From the human T2T-CHM13v2.0 reference genome, Homo sapiens: 64,000 bases of DNA. The stretch lies in NCBI RefSeq assembly GCF_009914755.1, contig NC_060928.1. One strand, given 5' to 3'. Both the position numbers and the translations under genes were made by a program. Shown piece after piece: positions 1 through 15,131 of this stretch. Each line of letters opens with the position of its first letter. Within the stretch, counting starts at the first letter, position 1. The notes below the pieces were generated by a model that did not search any database, was not told the origin of the DNA, and saw only the letters and a program-made list of their open reading frames with translations.

Positions 1-597
<597 letters not shown>

Positions 598-2524
598 GGG
601 AATGTTTTTAAAAAGAGAAATCTGTGGATGAATGGTATCTCACTTGAAACCATGACAAAAATATTAGTATTTGCTTATGATAATACAACATATATTATTT
701 TCTCTAAATTAATAGATACCCAAATTCCCCACTCATAGTTTTTTCTCAATATAGGCAAGCATAATTTTTGTGTACAAGTTGATTCAATATCATGACCCTT
801 AGGCTCTTTTACTTTGTTTCATATAAATATGATGAAAAATATGAACTAAATACTCATGAAATAACCTTATTTCAGCTTTTAGTTTTTCCTTAGTACATGG
901 GCTTTTGTGAGCAATATTTGTGTTAACATGAATGTTTATTGCCTTGATAGGTAGGGTGCACAGTTTAAATATAAGCTGGATGATTTATTCTGTAATTGAA
1001 AGAAAAGCTTAATGGCCTGTGTATTTGATTTGAAGTATACATTATTTTAGACTCAAGTAGTGAGATCTGCTTTGATTAATTCATGTCTATACGGTCATAA
1101 AATAAGTCCAGCTATGAATCATTGAGTGAGTATGTTGTGGTTAACGCAATAAAACTTCCATTTAGGGACAAAAGCAACCAACACATTGTTATAAAAGGAT
1201 ATGCAAGGTCTTGGCCTTGATTGCTAAGATAGAAGTAATGTTTTCAGTCATGAATATCTCTCCTTGTACTATTGGGCATTGTATCACAGTTCATTAACTC
1301 AGAAGAAAATCCTATGTATCTGACAAATTATATTCCCTTTCATAAAATAAAAAAGTACAATTAACTATGTGCTATTTTGGAATAAAGAATAAAACCATTA
1401 CATGTAGTATAAAAAGCATTCACGATTACATTCTTTCCTTTAAAATCAAGCAACAATTACAACAAAAAGAAACTTATTCCCCAGTTAAGTTAGATAATCA
1501 TTGCCCAGGTTGTGTATAATTTAATCAAAACATTGACAATGCAGTTTTTTTTAAAAGCATAGATAGCTAGATATAGATAAAGGTTTTCACACTGTAATTT
1601 GACTTAAAAACAAAAAGAAGTGTTAAAAAAAACTATCCCTGATTGTGAGAAAGTCTTCTTGGAGTAGCATATCTGTATCTATGAATATAAATATAGTACA
1701 GGAAATATAGAGAACACATTGGGCATACAGTTGCTTTAAACTACTTTTCTTCAAACTGTATGCTGAGAATTAAAATGAATCAAGCCATTTTGCAAATGTT
1801 CAGTGCAAATCTATAAAATATTCCTCTTTTGAATTGAAAATCTTTAAATTAGCAAAACCAACTGGCTAATGAAGTGCATTTGGTAAAAGCAGTCATTGAT
1901 TTGCCATTAATTTTCAGTGTGCAAGTGTCCTACTGGGTCTTAAATTAAACAATTTCAGGTGTCAACATTTAGAGACATACTTCTTTACTTACAGAATAGA
2001 AAATTCACGCTCAAAATAACTTGGCAAAGACTGTCCTTTAACAACATATCTTATTTCTAAAAGTTTCAACCAGGTAAACTCTCAAATATATTTCATAGTA
2101 TTATATATTATTTATCTACATTTAGTTAACTGTTCGACCTGTTTGATACAATTATTACTACAGAAATATTCAATCCCTCCCAGAGTCTATATTTGTGTCC
2201 TAGCTATCTGGGGATATCAATTTCAAAACCCGAATGGGTCTTGGCTTTTTTGCAGAAGCCAGAGAGGGAAGAAAAAGGAAGCCAGGAAAACAATAACTCT
2301 AAAAGACTGATTATAGGGATGGTTAGAAAACAGTGTCCTGATTTTGTAAGATGAGAACTTAAACTTTACGGTTATATCTTAACCCATATTAGACTATATT
2401 GTAAAGCATATTCCTTTTCCATTGTTATTTTATGATTACTAATCTGCCACTATTTATCAGAACATTCACACTTTTGCGACCCTATGACAAAGCAGTAATA
2501 CCAGTAGCCACATTAATAAAGCAA

Positions 2525-2780
2525 ACTAACATTTATTCAGCATGTTCACTAGGGTCATTCAGTGAGTAAAATTCTACACTGATTCAGATCATTTCATTAG
2601 CATAATCAGATCATTTCATTAGCATAATCATCAGATGAAGTGAATAGTAAATTTCGATTTTATAAGTACAATGCTAGACAATATGCCTAAATTCTTAAAA
2701 GCACTAAGTGAAAAATCTGAGAGTTCAGGACAGGTGGATCTGGTAACACAGCTAAGCCTTCTTACAAATGTTCTAACCAT
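2525..2780 (-). mobile_element. Degraded MIR SINE
   Basis: AACATTTATTCAGCATG...ATTTCATT...ATTTTATAAG resembles the antisense MIR; highly diverged and boundaries approximate. Confidence 0.45.
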
Positions 2781-2812
2781 TGTGGACGACATTTCAAGTC
2801 TATTCTATGTAA

Positions 2813-3175
<363 letters not shown>

Positions 3176-3269
3176 TAGTTTTTCTTAATTACTATATTCT
3201 CCATATGCCTGTTCCTAGCTCTTCCAGTCCATGTAATCACACAGTATCTTCTCTTTTGGTTGTGAACTT

Positions 3270-3445
3270 TGAGGTCACATAGACTTGAATTCAGTGTTAA
3301 TAAGTTTACACTGTTTCTATATGACCCTTGACATTTCCTTATCATAAAATAGCACCTCTTTTGTGGAATTTCTGAAAGGTTTTAATCAGAATGTGTATGT
3401 GTGTGAGTATAACTGCTGGCAGCAGAAACTAAGCACTCAATAGCT
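3270..3445 (+). mobile_element. Degraded MIR SINE
   Basis: AGACTTGAATTC...ATGACCCTTG...TTTCCTTATCATAAAAT...AAGCACTCAATA follows the MIR layout. Confidence 0.55.
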
Positions 3446-3654
3446 GTTTTAAAACATTAGGATGGTTACTATGATTGATTTGGCAATGGTCATTGAGTTT
3501 TAGCTGCCTTGGTGTCTGTCCACTTCAATCCAAAATTGATATCTCACAATCACTGTAGAACTGAAAATAACTGTTGAGGCACTGGCATGTGCCTGACATA
3601 GTCCACAAACATGCTAGACTTGTATATGATGCTCAAGTATAGGTAATTCCAAAA

Positions 3655-4000
3655 AGCTGTATCTCCCAACTTGGTGGCATTTGAAGATGGGTCCTTAGGG
3701 AGGTAAATATGATCACATTAGGTCATGAGAGTGGGCTCTTGTGCCTTATAAGAAGAGGATGAGCCCTCAATCAATCAATCAATCCCTCTCTCTCTGTCTC
3801 TCCACCTGTATCACTGAAGAATGGCCAGGTGAGGACACAGTGAGAAAGCAGCTGCCTGCAAGCCAGGAAGAGAGCCCACACCAAGAAATGAATGACTGGC
3901 ACCTTGATCTTGGACTTTCTAGCCTCAGAACTGTGAGAAATAAATTTCTGCTGCTTAAGCCACCCAGCCTGTGGTTATGGCAACCCAAGCTGACTAATGT
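3655..4000 (+). mobile_element. MLT1A-type MaLR solo LTR
   Basis: GAGGACACAGTGAGAAAGCAGCTGCCTGCAAGCCAGGAAGAGAGCCC, ACCTTGATCTTGGACTTTCTAGCCTCAGAACTGTGAGAAATAAATTTCTG and the terminal GCTGACTAAT are typical of MLT1A. Confidence 0.85.
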
Positions 4001-4774
4001 TACATTACTCAACAAAGTACAGGGTGGAGATGTGGTAAGTAGGGTGTCTGTTTGGTATGGTATCAACTAAGTTATGTCTTTAAAAAATTATCTTTATAAG
4101 AGGTCCTTGAACTTTCAATAATATGTTAAGAACACTTTCTAGGCGTGGACTAACTGATCTGTAGTGTTTAAAAAATAAATGAAAGATTATCTGTGTGTGA
4201 TGACTAGTTGTGATGATGAGTTTTTTTATCTTCAAAATATATGTATAGTAATGGTAAGATTTCATCAATGGGACTACATCAAATATATTTTGTAAACATT
4301 AACTTAAGAAGATTTTACCTTATACTGTAAAATACAGTGCATATGTGTATATATGTATGTATATTTGAATTTGACACTCTGAATCCTTTAATATGTGTTT
4401 ACTCTATAACCCCAATTCTATAAAACTTATAATCATAGAAAGAGGTAACAATTTCAAATGCTCTAAGAAAAGTTTTGTAAATCTTAGCTCACCCTGTGGG
4501 TAATTTAAACGACATTTTTTAGGCAATCAGTTATTTTAATTTCATAGAACATCTTTTAATATCTCAGACTAATACTTTGGTTTTTAAGCAATGCCTGCTA
4601 GGCTAAAACTTATTTGTATAAGATAATTTATTTCCAAATCCTAGAAAACAAAACACCTTGTAGGTTTCCATGTACATATGTACACTTGGCTGAAATACAG
4701 AGTAAAAGAGAGGTGTCCTAGAAAATAACCAGTAGTCAAGTGAAAACATGTGACAATAATTGAAAAAAAATTCC

Positions 4775-4990
4775 AAAGTTTATTGAGTGCTATGTGCTAG
4801 GCATGTGCTATTCAGGAGTATGTGTAAAAGTAAAAAAGACATGTTTGATAAGTGCTATAAGAGGTTTTTAAGAGAATAAGTGAGAGGAATACCCAATGGT
4901 GGGGAATGAAAAGAGGGTCATAGTCTGCCTGAATGAAGTGATATCTTTGTTTAAATATGAGGTAAAACATGATCACTTACAGGTGAAGTG
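4775..4990 (-). mobile_element. L2 LINE 3' fragment
   Basis: TTTATTGAGTGCTATGTGCTAGGCA...GATAAGTGCTAT matches the antisense L2 3' end. Confidence 0.55.
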
Positions 4991-5153
4991 TGGACAGGTT
5001 GGGTAAAAATGCACCAAATTCATCATTAACCGTAGCTATTATTAAAAATATTTAATATGGCACTAAGCATGACATTGCTAGTGGTCGGTGAGAGTACAGA
5101 AAAAATAAAAATAAATAAATATGTCAGGAAATGTAATAATTTTAATAGACACA

Positions 5154-5564
5154 TGATATGGTTTGGATCTGTGCCCCCATTCAAATCTCATGTTCAATTG
5201 TAATCCCCAATGTTGGAGGTAGGGCCTGGTGGGAGGCGATTGGATGATGGGGTTGCATCCTTCATGAATGGTGAACCGCCATACTTTTGGTGCTGTTTTT
5301 GTGACAGAGTTCTCACAAGATCTGGTTGTCCAAAAGTGTGCAGTACCTCCCCGCTCTGTCTCTCTTGCTCCTATGGCCATCTGAAGTGCCGGCTTCTCCT
5401 TCACGGTCTACCATGATTGTAAGTTTTCTGAGGACCCCTAGAGGCCCAGCAGAAGCCAATAGGGCTTCCTGTAAAACTTGCAGAACCATGAGTCAATTAA
5501 GCCTCTTTCTTTTGTAAATTTACCCAGTCTCAGGTGTTATAGAAGTGCCAGACAGACTAATACA
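5154..5564 (+). mobile_element. MSTA/MSTB-type MaLR solo LTR
   Basis: Starts TGATATGGTTTGGATCTGTG and ends GACTAATACA (TG...CA termini). Internal CAAATCTCATGTTCAATTGTAATCCCCAATGTTGGAGG and CCATGATTGTAAGTTT. Confidence 0.92.
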
Positions 5565-6167
5565 ACATTTTAAATACAAAGGCCGTTGTGTTTCATACCG
5601 ATCTCATGGCGAACCATTAAACACCAAGATATCATCAACATGAAATGTAAATGAATACACCTAACTGTCAAAATATCTATTATACATGCCAATATTAAAA
5701 CAATCTGCTGGCAAAATCTGGAAAAAAAAAACACTTTTAAAAGCCAGATGCGTGATGGCTTTACTAGAATTGAAAGTCTGTTGTCCTATGATTAAGCATG
5801 CCATGCAGATTTGGCTCTGAGCCTGTAGAGAAAGAGGGAATCTCAAATTATTATGTGGTTTGGACAATTGAAGTAATTTGTGGTTAGGAAATATGGCATT
5901 TGGGAGAAGTTACTCTGATGATTTATGTCATATGTGTTTGCTCTACCCACATTTTAGGACCTTAAAGTAATAAAAAGTTATAAATGTGGTTCTTGAGAAG
6001 CAACTAAATATTCTTGATAGATTTTCATTTATGTAAGCACACAGATAGTATAATAGCAAGTTTTTGTTTTTTCTATATTTTTCCTTAGCTCTATTGAGTG
6101 TTTAAAGCTGAAAATTATTCCTAATTCTGATGACTCATATTTTATAGTGTAGTATTTCAAAAGATTT

Positions 6168-6482
6168 GGGGTTTTTTTGTTTGTTTTGTTTTGTTTTTTC
6201 TGAGTTGGAGTCTCGCTCTGTCGCCCAGGCTGGAGTGCAGTGACGCAATCTTGGCTCACTTCAACCTCCGTCGCCCAGGTTCAAGCAACTCTCCTGCCTC
6301 AGCCTCCCGAGTAGCTGAGATTATAGTCACGTGCCACCACGCCCGACTAATTTTTGTGATCTCAGTAGAGAGGGGGGTTTTACCATGTTGGCCAGGCTGG
6401 TCTCCAAATCTTGACCTTGTGATCCGCCTGCCTCTGCCTCCCAAAGTGCTGGGATTGCAGGCATGAGCCACTGCGCCCAGCC
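6168..6482 (-). mobile_element. Full-length Alu, AluSg-like
   Basis: Antisense Alu with (TTTTG)n tail. 11-bp TSD TCAAAAGATTT at 6157-6167 and 6483-6493. Confidence 0.96.
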
Positions 6483-6984
6483 TCAAAAGATTTCTAAGTA
6501 CTTCTAAATCTTTCACTTTTTTTGTGTTTTTAAAGTCTTCTGAAGTTCTACCATTTTTTATATTTATCTTATTTAAAAAAACGTCAATACTTGAAATTTA
6601 TTGTCTATTATATGCCGGCCTTGTCCTAGGGCTTTTTAACGTTTTTACACTTAACCTCCCATGTTATCCCTTACCTATTGAATCTTCCTCTTTGTATAAC
6701 TTTGTACAGTCCTTTGTTTTTGAATCCACCTGTCTCACTTCCAAAACTGCTAAAAACCTACTCTAGTGACTGTTCTTCTACTTAAAACTATCAGTAAATT
6801 CTTCTTTATCTATAATCTTTTTTTCATATTCTCTTTACCTTTTTGCACAAACAAACATATGGCTTTGTCCTGATGACACTAACTGTGCAGTAGTAGCTGT
6901 TCTCTCCCATGCTTGCTATAATGGGGTTCTGCATAGGATAGGTCTCCCCTTTGCTCCTTATTGCACCTTCCAGACCATGCTCCT

Positions 6985-7501
6985 GACAGTAGATTTTATT
7001 TCCCACTGTGGCTGCCACAGATATTCCATTCCACATTCTTTTCTTGCAATCTGATGTTGACATTCTTCTCATCATTAGGTGAGATCCTCTGTCCCCTGAA
7101 TCTGGCCATGCCTGCGATTAGAGCAGAATTGAGAGTATGCAACTCCATGTAAAAAGTAATACAATTTCTGCCTAAATTCCTTGTGACTTGTTCATCAGCA
7201 TCTTGAAGATACTCAAGAGGCCACATGAAGAGCTACATGTAGGTATTCTAGCTTACAGTCTACAGCCCCAGCTAAGGCCCCGACCAACAATTAGAATGAA
7301 CCTACAGACATGTTAGTGAATCTTGAGAGTATTCCAGCCCCTAGACTTTGAGTTGCCTCAGCTGACACCTTGTGGAACAGAAATGAGCTTTTCAATCTAG
7401 GCCTTGTCTAAATGGCAGATTTGTAATCAAAATTACTGAGTTCAGTGGTTTTCATCAACTGCATTTTTAAAGGTTTGTTATACAGCAATAATAACAGAAC
7501 A
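6985..7501 (+). mobile_element. MLT1H-like MaLR solo LTR
   Basis: GAGGCCACATG...CAGCCCCAGCTAAGG...CCAGCCCC...TGTGGAACAGAAATGAGC and the terminal GGTTTGTTATACAGCAATAATAACAGAACA. Confidence 0.75.
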
Positions 7502-7569
7502 CTCCCATTTTTCTCCCTAAAATGCTCGTCATCAAATCTCATGCCATCAAACTATATAACCAATTCAAT

Positions 7570-7960
7570 TCCTTGATGCTCCCCTTCACTCCTCTAATAC
7601 TTTAACTCCTGGCTATTCCTGCAATAATTCTTGGTAATTAAAGTGTGCATGAACACAAGCCTTCCACAACACCTAGGCCCTTGACCTCAACTCCAATAAT
7701 CATCCTATCCCTTTCCTACCTCAGCCAATATTTCCTGTAATGAAACAATAATTCCTATAATCAAATCAAACGTTGTGATTATCAATAGCTGCAAACTCCA
7801 CAATCTCAATTTTAGACATCCCATTCTCCAACTTCCACCTATTTATAATCCTCTTTTACTTCCTCTAGTGCCCTGACTCTACCAACTTGTCAACTCTCCA
7901 TGTTCCCTAAAATCCATTTCTCCTGCCAACTTTACACTGTCCCTTTCCATGCTAATAGAC
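7570..7960 (+). mobile_element. L2 LINE internal fragment
   Basis: C/T-rich segment with TTGACCTCAACTCCAATAATC, ACCTCAGCCA and ATCTCAATTTTAGACATCCCATTCTCCAACTTCCACCT resembling L2 ORF2. Confidence 0.55.
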
Positions 7961-8484
7961 TTGATTAAACATATTCAACTGTCTTTACACCTCTGTCACT
8001 TTATCTATTACTTAAAGCTATAATTACTAGCTTTAAACAAATCTTGTATTCAGGTAGTAGAAATCCACCTACATTGTTGTTTTCTTTTTTAAAAAAAACA
8101 ACAACATTGCTTTGGCTCATCCAGTTCATTTGCATTTCCATTTGAATTGCAAAACCAGCTTACCAATTCTACGAATGAAGTCTGTTAAAATTTTAACTCT
8201 GGTTGTATTATACCCATATATAAATTTCAGGACAACAAGTATCTTAAAATGAATCTTCCAATCTATTAAGAAGATACATGACTCCTCTATTTTATTTCTC
8301 TCAACAATATTCTGTAGTTTCCAGTGACAAGATCTTACACATCTTTTGTTGAACTTGTACCTAAGTATTTTATGGTTTTTTGTGAAAATTTATAGGATTT
8401 TTAAAAATTTTATCTTCTAATAACTTGCAGTTAGTATATAGAAACACAATCTATTTTGTTATATTATACTTACATTTGCAAACT

Positions 8485-9438
8485 CGTGATGGTTAATTTT
8501 ACTTGTCAATTTAACTGGGCTAAGGGATGCTGAGATAGCTGGTAAAACATTACTTATGAGTGTGTCTGTGAGGGTGTTTCCAGAAGAGATTAGCATCTGA
8601 ATAGACAGACTGAGAAAAGCATCACCCTTGCCAATGTGGCTAGACGTCATCCAGTCCTTTGAGGCTCTGAATAGAACAAAAAGGAGGAGAAAGGGAGAAT
8701 TCAATATCTCTTCTTGAACTAGGACATCCATCTTCTCCTGCCCTTGGACATCAGAGCTCTTTGTTCTCAGGCCTTTGGACTTGGAGTACTGAATTATACC
8801 ACTGGCTTCCTGGTTCTCCACCATGCTTACAGCAGATCTTGGGACTTCTCAGCCTTCATCATCACATGAGATATTTCCATTATATAACACACATAAGTAG
8901 TTGATCCTTGAACAATGTGGGGGTTGAGGCATCGACCAGCATACAGTCTAAAATCGACCTATAACTTTTGACTCCCCCAAAACTTAACTACTAACAGTCT
9001 ACTGTTCACTGGAAGCCTTACCAATAACATAAATAGTTGTTTAACACATGTTTTGTATGTTATATGTATTATATACTCGATTCTTACAGTAGCATAAGCT
9101 AGATAAATGAAAATGTTATTAAAATCATAAGGAATTTACTGTTCATTAAATGGAAGTGGATAATCAGAGAAATCTTCATCGTTGCTCTCCTGATGTTGAG
9201 TAGGCTGAGAAGGATGAAGAGGAGGAAGAGGAGGAAGAGGAGAATGTTGCCTGGCTATTTTAGGAACAGCAGAGGCAGTAGAAGCTCCAAGTATAAATTT
9301 ATCTGTGCTTTTAAAACCCTTGTCCAAGGGTCAACTCTGTGTGTGTGTGTGTGTTTGTGTGGGCATGCGCGCGTGCATATGTCTGTGTGTCTGTGTTTCC
9401 TACTGGTTCTGTTTTTCTGGAGAACACTGAATAATACA
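8485..9438 (+). mobile_element. MLT2 (ERVL) solo LTR, split by Tigger2a
   Basis: Starts (C)GTGATGGTTAATTTTACTTGTCAATTTAACTGGGCTAAGGGATGC, contains GTGAGGGTGTTTCCAGAAGAGATTAGCAT, ends CCTACTGGTTCTGTTTTTCTGGAGAACACTGAATAATACA. Confidence 0.9.
8898..9337 (+). mobile_element. Tigger2a/MER28-like non-autonomous Tc1/mariner DNA transposon
   Basis: Terminal inverted repeats TAGTTGATCCTTGAAC ... GTCCAAGGGTCAACTC. Internal ATAACTTTTGACTCCCCCAAAACTTAACTACTAA and a GA-rich stretch typical of Tigger2. Confidence 0.85.
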
Positions 9439-11214
9439 CTTATTAAAGTCAGTTATTAATTTTGGTTATTCTTTTGCATATATATTCTATAAGACGCAAT
9501 CTTCAAAAGAGAAAATTTTCTTCCTTTTAAATCTATTTGCCTTTTATTTCTCTTTCTTGCCTTATTACAATGTCTTTTAGACTCCATACAATGTTGACTA
9601 GAAGTGGTATTGTTGATTTCAAACTTAATCCCATTGTGGTCAGAAGTTACACAGTATGACAACAATTGTTAATAATTTATTGAGACTAACCAGACAGCAC
9701 AGCATGTGGTTTATTTTGATCTACACTTGTAAAGAATGTGTAGTGTTTGTGTGGTATTTTATAAATGTCAATTAGGTCCCATTGGCTTATAATATTGCTC
9801 AGATCTATATTTGTACTGATTTCCTATTTACTTGTTGTATCAATTACTTAGAGAAGTGTGTTAAATTTTTCCTATTATATTGTAAATTTATCTATTTCTT
9901 CATTAATTCTGTCACATTTTACTTCATGTATTTAGGGACTTTTTAAATGTACATATTTATAATTGCTAATGACTTTCTGAGGAGTTAACTATTTTATCAC
10001 TTTGAAACATAATACTTTATTTTAACTGATACTCCTTGTTCTGTAATCTATCTTTATCCAATATTAATAACTGCCAACAGAGCCTTCTTATGCTTGCTTC
10101 CTTTTTGCTTGGTATGTTTTTATTCATTTTATGTTTTCAACCCATCTGTGTCTTTATATTTAAAATATGTTTCTTATAAACAGAATAGTAATAATTTATT
10201 CAGAATATTCATTTATTTTGAGTAACTTTTATTCAGAATAAATTTGAGTTTTGATTTCTTATTGTACTCTAATGATCTGCACCTTTTAATTGTAGAATTA
10301 AGCCAGTTATCATGTAATGTAATTATTGATATAGTTGGATTTAAATTTACTATTATATTGTCTGTTTTTTCACCCTCTGTTTCTTTGCCGTTTATTCCCC
10401 TTTTCTTCTTCATTGTGGAATACTGAATAATTTTCATATTCAGCTTTAATCTTGTCTTCCTAGCTCTTCTTTGTACTTTTTAGCTAGCATTTAGAAAATT
10501 ACTGATATGTTATTCTTCAGGTGGAAAACGTTTTCTTTTTGCCTATACCTCACATTTATTCAAGTTGAATCTATAATTTTGTATTAGCAATGATACAAAA
10601 ATGTAGCCCTTTCCAAAAAAGTTTTTCAAAGTTTAACAGACAATGTATTTAAAACTAGACAACATTCTATATAATTTATAAACAGCATTAAAGATTCTAC
10701 TTTTAGTATTACATCTACTAAATTTACATTAAAATGTTTAACACCTCAAAATAATAAGATTTGTAAGCAAACTCATATTAAAAGATTAATTTTTGAGTTT
10801 TAGAAATAATATGCTCTTACAAAGTTAAGTGATAGTTAATTTTCTGTCTTACAAATCAGACTAGAGAACACAAAGGACATTTTACATCAGTTTTATTTAA
10901 AAGTTTGAAGAACTAATTATTTCACCTTTGAAAAGCTGTGACATTTCAAACTTAATGTTTGACTTTTTTGGTCATGATATAAATGCCATTTATTATTTAA
11001 GGAGAGTAAATTCATATTTGTTTAAATTAAAATTTTTTCTTACTTTTATTATCTTTTTCTTTATTATCTCTTTCTATACAATTAAGATGATTTTAAGATG
11101 TCTTACGTATTATCTTATAATGTGTAAATTAGAGCCCCCAAATCACAAATGTATTAGCTTTTATGTTTCATTTTGCCATATTTTTGTTTGTTTGTAAATA
11201 CATGTACTTATATT

Positions 11215-11244
11215 CACACACACACACACACCCACACACACACA
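11215..11244. repeat. (CA)n microsatellite, interrupted
   Basis: Direct reading of the CA run with one CC interruption. Confidence 0.9.
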
Positions 11245-11501
11245 GTCTCTATATTTCCATATTCCTGTTTCAAATTTAGTACTTTAATCTCCAAACTTTG
11301 CAATCACCAACTACATCCAAATTGGGCAGTATAAACATTGACTGAACAATCTCTGGATATAACAGAAACAAAAGGCAAAATCTGGTTTTAACTAGCCTAG
11401 TTTGACATGCATAGATTAAATTTATCATTATGTTCTTACGTCAGATGTACCCTAGGACAGGAAATGTACCCTTTAAATAGGTAAGTTGGCAAAGCTTCTG
11501 A

Positions 11502-14324
<2,823 letters not shown>

Positions 14325-15090
14325 AAAAGCAAAGGTTAAAATCTGTTATGTAAAAGTTTTTATTTTATAATTTAGATCCTACTATGCTTTTTTCTAATAT
14401 TTACGTCTACTTTTTAATTTTGGGGGGTATCCAAATTTCTATTAGAATTGAAGTATGCTGAGCTTGGGAAGCAAGCATTATAGAAATGCCAAACCTAAAC
14501 TACTCTGGTCCTAATCATTTGAGTCAGTGTTGCTGAAATATGCCCAATAAGGAAGCAAAAGCAAGCCTTTCCTTTCCTTTTCTTTGTGTAATCCAGCTAC
14601 CATTCCCACCCTGACAAATCCATTTCCCATTGCCTTACATAAACATGTTATAAAGTAGGTGCCTGCAGCAAGTTCAGCAGCAGCTGTTCGGCCCACTGTC
14701 TGTGCTTCTCAGATTTAGAGCTGCCAGAGCCTGATTTGTTAAGCTTTGATTCTGAAAATCATTATGTAACTTAACTTTTCCCTTCACTTTACATTTCATA
14801 GTCTATCTAAAAATTCTTTATAGTTAACATACAGTGATGACACTCAAAAACCCATCTTGGATCTTTAGCCGACAGAAAAAAAACTAAGATCTCACTGATT
14901 AAAATATGCCAGAAGTGTTGGAAAGTCTAAGGTCTGTCCTGTCATGGCCTGTATGTATTTTGTATCTTTCAAGGAGGCTTTGGGTCTTTTGTGTCCTAAT
15001 TCCTTAAGATTACAAGATGGGGATTTCCTGCTTCTTCCCTAGTCTGTTGAATTCTTTTAGGCAATTGATCATTGTAAATGAACTTTAGAA

Positions 15091-15131
15091 ATATGTGTGT
15101 GTATATATATATGTATATATATATATATATA
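15091..15131. repeat. (TG)n(TA)n microsatellite
   Basis: Direct reading. Confidence 0.9.

Larger units (their letters stand above)
8010..10440 (-). mobile_element. Ancient L1M (L1MC/L1ME-class) ORF2 remnants, interrupted by MLT2 and Tigger2a
   Basis: Antisense L1 motifs TTTGCATTTCCATTTGAATT, CCTAAGTATTTTATGGTTTTT, AATCCCATTGTGGTCAGA and TAATGTAATTATTGATATAGTTGGATTTAAAT; internal deletion near 9605. Confidence 0.75.

Noticed and set aside
9193-9459. Arg/Lys-rich ORF resembling an NLS or protamine
   Set aside because: Translation of the GA-rich tract of Tigger2a plus a TG microsatellite.
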